From assembly GCF_030028105.1 (NCBI RefSeq), contig NC_092373.1:37663770-37727769 (forward strand): DNA of 64,000 nt, written 5' to 3'. A model generated the notes under the pieces. It saw only the letters and a list, made by a program, of their open reading frames with translations, did no database searches and had not been told where the DNA came from. Below, one piece after another: positions 62,592 through 64,000 of this stretch. The position numbers and the translations under genes are program-made. Numbering within the stretch: the first letter of the stretch is position 1; every line of letters starts with the position of its first letter. This DNA is from Mobula birostris. Its lineage: Eukaryota.

Positions 62592-62689
62592 GCTGCCGTG
62601 TTCCTTTTGTTTGACTGTAAATGAACAAAATTAGCGCAGACACATAATGCAGATAATGGATTGCTTTCATACAACGCTTTTACAATCCG

Positions 62690-63440
62690 AATCAGGTTGT
62701 TTTGTGGCAACAATACATTGCAATAGATGATAATAAAAACTCTCAGAAAGAAGTATGTATAAAAAAATTAAGTAAGTAGTGCAAAGTAAGAGAGAAATAT
62801 AGTGAAGTAGTGTTCCATGAGTTCATTGTCCATTTAGAAATCTGATGCTGGAAGGGAAGAAGTCTGAAGTATTGAGTGTGTGAATTCAGGCTCCTGTATT
62901 TCCCACTTGATGGTAGCAATGAAAAGAGAGCATGTCATATGTGATGGGGGTCTTTGATAATGGATGCTGCCTTTTTGAGGCATCACCTTTTAACGGTGTC
63001 CTCAGTGCTGGGAAAGCTATTGCCCATGATGGCGTTGGCAGAATTTACAACTTTCTGCAGCCTTTTCTGATCCTGTGCCGTGGTCCCTCTGTACCAGATG
63101 GTGATGCAACTTGTTAGAATGCTCTCCACTGTACATCTCTAGAAATTTGAGAGAATCTTTAGTGACATACCAAGTCTCTTCAAACTCCTAATGAAAAATA
63201 GCTGCTGTTGTGCCTTCTTTGTAATTGCATCAACATGTTGGGCCCAGGATAGATCTCCAGAGATGATGACACTCAGGAACTTGAAACTGCTTATTCTTTC
63301 CACTGCTGATCCCTCATTGACTTCCCCTTCCTGAAGTCGACAGCTGCTCCTTGATCTTACTGACGCTGAGTGCAAGGTTCTTGTTGTGGCACCAGCCGAC
63401 CAGCTGATCTGTCTTGTTCCTGTACACCACCTTGTCACTG
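62690..63440 (-). mobile_element. Rex1/Babar-type LINE 3' part
   Basis: AVERISSFKFL.V.IS.DLSWAQHVDAITKKAQQ.LFFIRSLKRLG. Confidence 0.8.
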
Positions 63441-63627
63441 TTAGAAAGTATACTGGAGTTAAATGAATATGGCAGATATTAATTCAAACAAGAATCAGGC
63501 TTCAGTTCTTATTGTAAATGTAAGTAAGTTCAGGAAGCTTACAAATAGCTTTGTTTTTTATGTAAATTGCAGCAGTAAATTGAAGTTAAAAGCACAATCT
63601 GCTCCACAGACTGAGATTGCATATGCA

Positions 63628-63697
63628 AGTCAGTCAGTGGGTGCCATCCCGAATCTGGGGTTGGCGGCTATGCACCTCCATCTTCTTCGATCTTGCG
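63628..63697 (-). mobile_element. Extreme 3' tip of an RTE-like LINE
   Basis: Encodes QDRRRWRCIAANPRFGMAP, like the xQDR..WR..V C-terminus of RTE ORFs, and ends in an (ACTG)n short-repeat tail. Confidence 0.55.
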
Positions 63698-63859
63698 ACA
63701 GCACCGAGTACAGCCTCTCCTCCAGTTTGTTCTCGCTGGCCGCCTTGGCACCGCCCGCCGAACTCGAGCCCAAGGCTGTGTCGGCCTCCAGCTGTGGCCG
63801 CTTCTTCGAGCTCGGCCCTTCCTTAGGCGGAGGCCTTGGGCAGGTCCAGGCACACGGTG
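63698..63859 (-). pseudogene. ZFTRAF1: Circularly permuted fragment of CYHR1/ZFTRAF1 coding sequence
   Basis: The minus strand reads [10 protein letters not shown] (63858-63829) followed by PKEGPSSKKRPQLEA...[12 protein letters not shown] (to 63699). The recalled native order is [25 protein letters not shown]. Confidence 0.8.
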
Positions 63860-64000
63860 AGTGCCCAAGTTCACCATTGTCTCTTCTAACTAGGTGCATA
63901 GCGTACGATTTATAGATAAGTGGTGAGGCTTTAATCTCTTCCATGGAAGATGGCAGTTGGCTCACAAGGAGCTCATCTGCCCTTTGTCAAGTCTTGTTTT

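Noticed and set aside
63463-63915. 150-aa plus-strand ORF and a GTGAGT donor-like site at 63857 as a possible PSMD1 exon
   Set aside because: No similarity to the PSMD1 N-terminus (GIISLLDE...); it is the antisense of the CYHR1-derived insert.

Overview
AT-rich, repeat-dense vertebrate genomic DNA. The repeat content (V-SINE/HE1-like SINEs, CR1, Rex1/Babar, Penelope-like elements) suggests a cartilaginous fish, probably a ray. Four host genes were assembled exon by exon: the 5' part of IQCG/DRC9 (minus strand, 5 coding exons, continuing off the left edge), a complete RPL35A (plus, head-to-head with IQCG, 110 aa), a three-exon C2orf72 orthologue (plus) and the first exon of PSMD1 (plus). Mobile DNA includes a complete but inactivated DD34E Tc1 element, a decayed Gypsy element, nested hAT MITEs, pogo/Tigger remnants and many LINE/SINE fragments. 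Three observations stand out. (1) A family of ~500-bp TSD-flanked non-coding retroelements begins with an HDV-like self-cleaving ribozyme fold that carries an unusual extra hairpin in L3. (2) Penelope-derived repeats carry many minimal type I hammerhead ribozyme motifs. (3) PSMD1 intron 1 contains a circularly permuted 162-bp piece of CYHR1/ZFTRAF1 coding sequence fused to the 3' tip of an RTE-like LINE. Gene and family identities rest on remembered protein motifs, not database searches, and repeat boundaries without TSDs are approximate.
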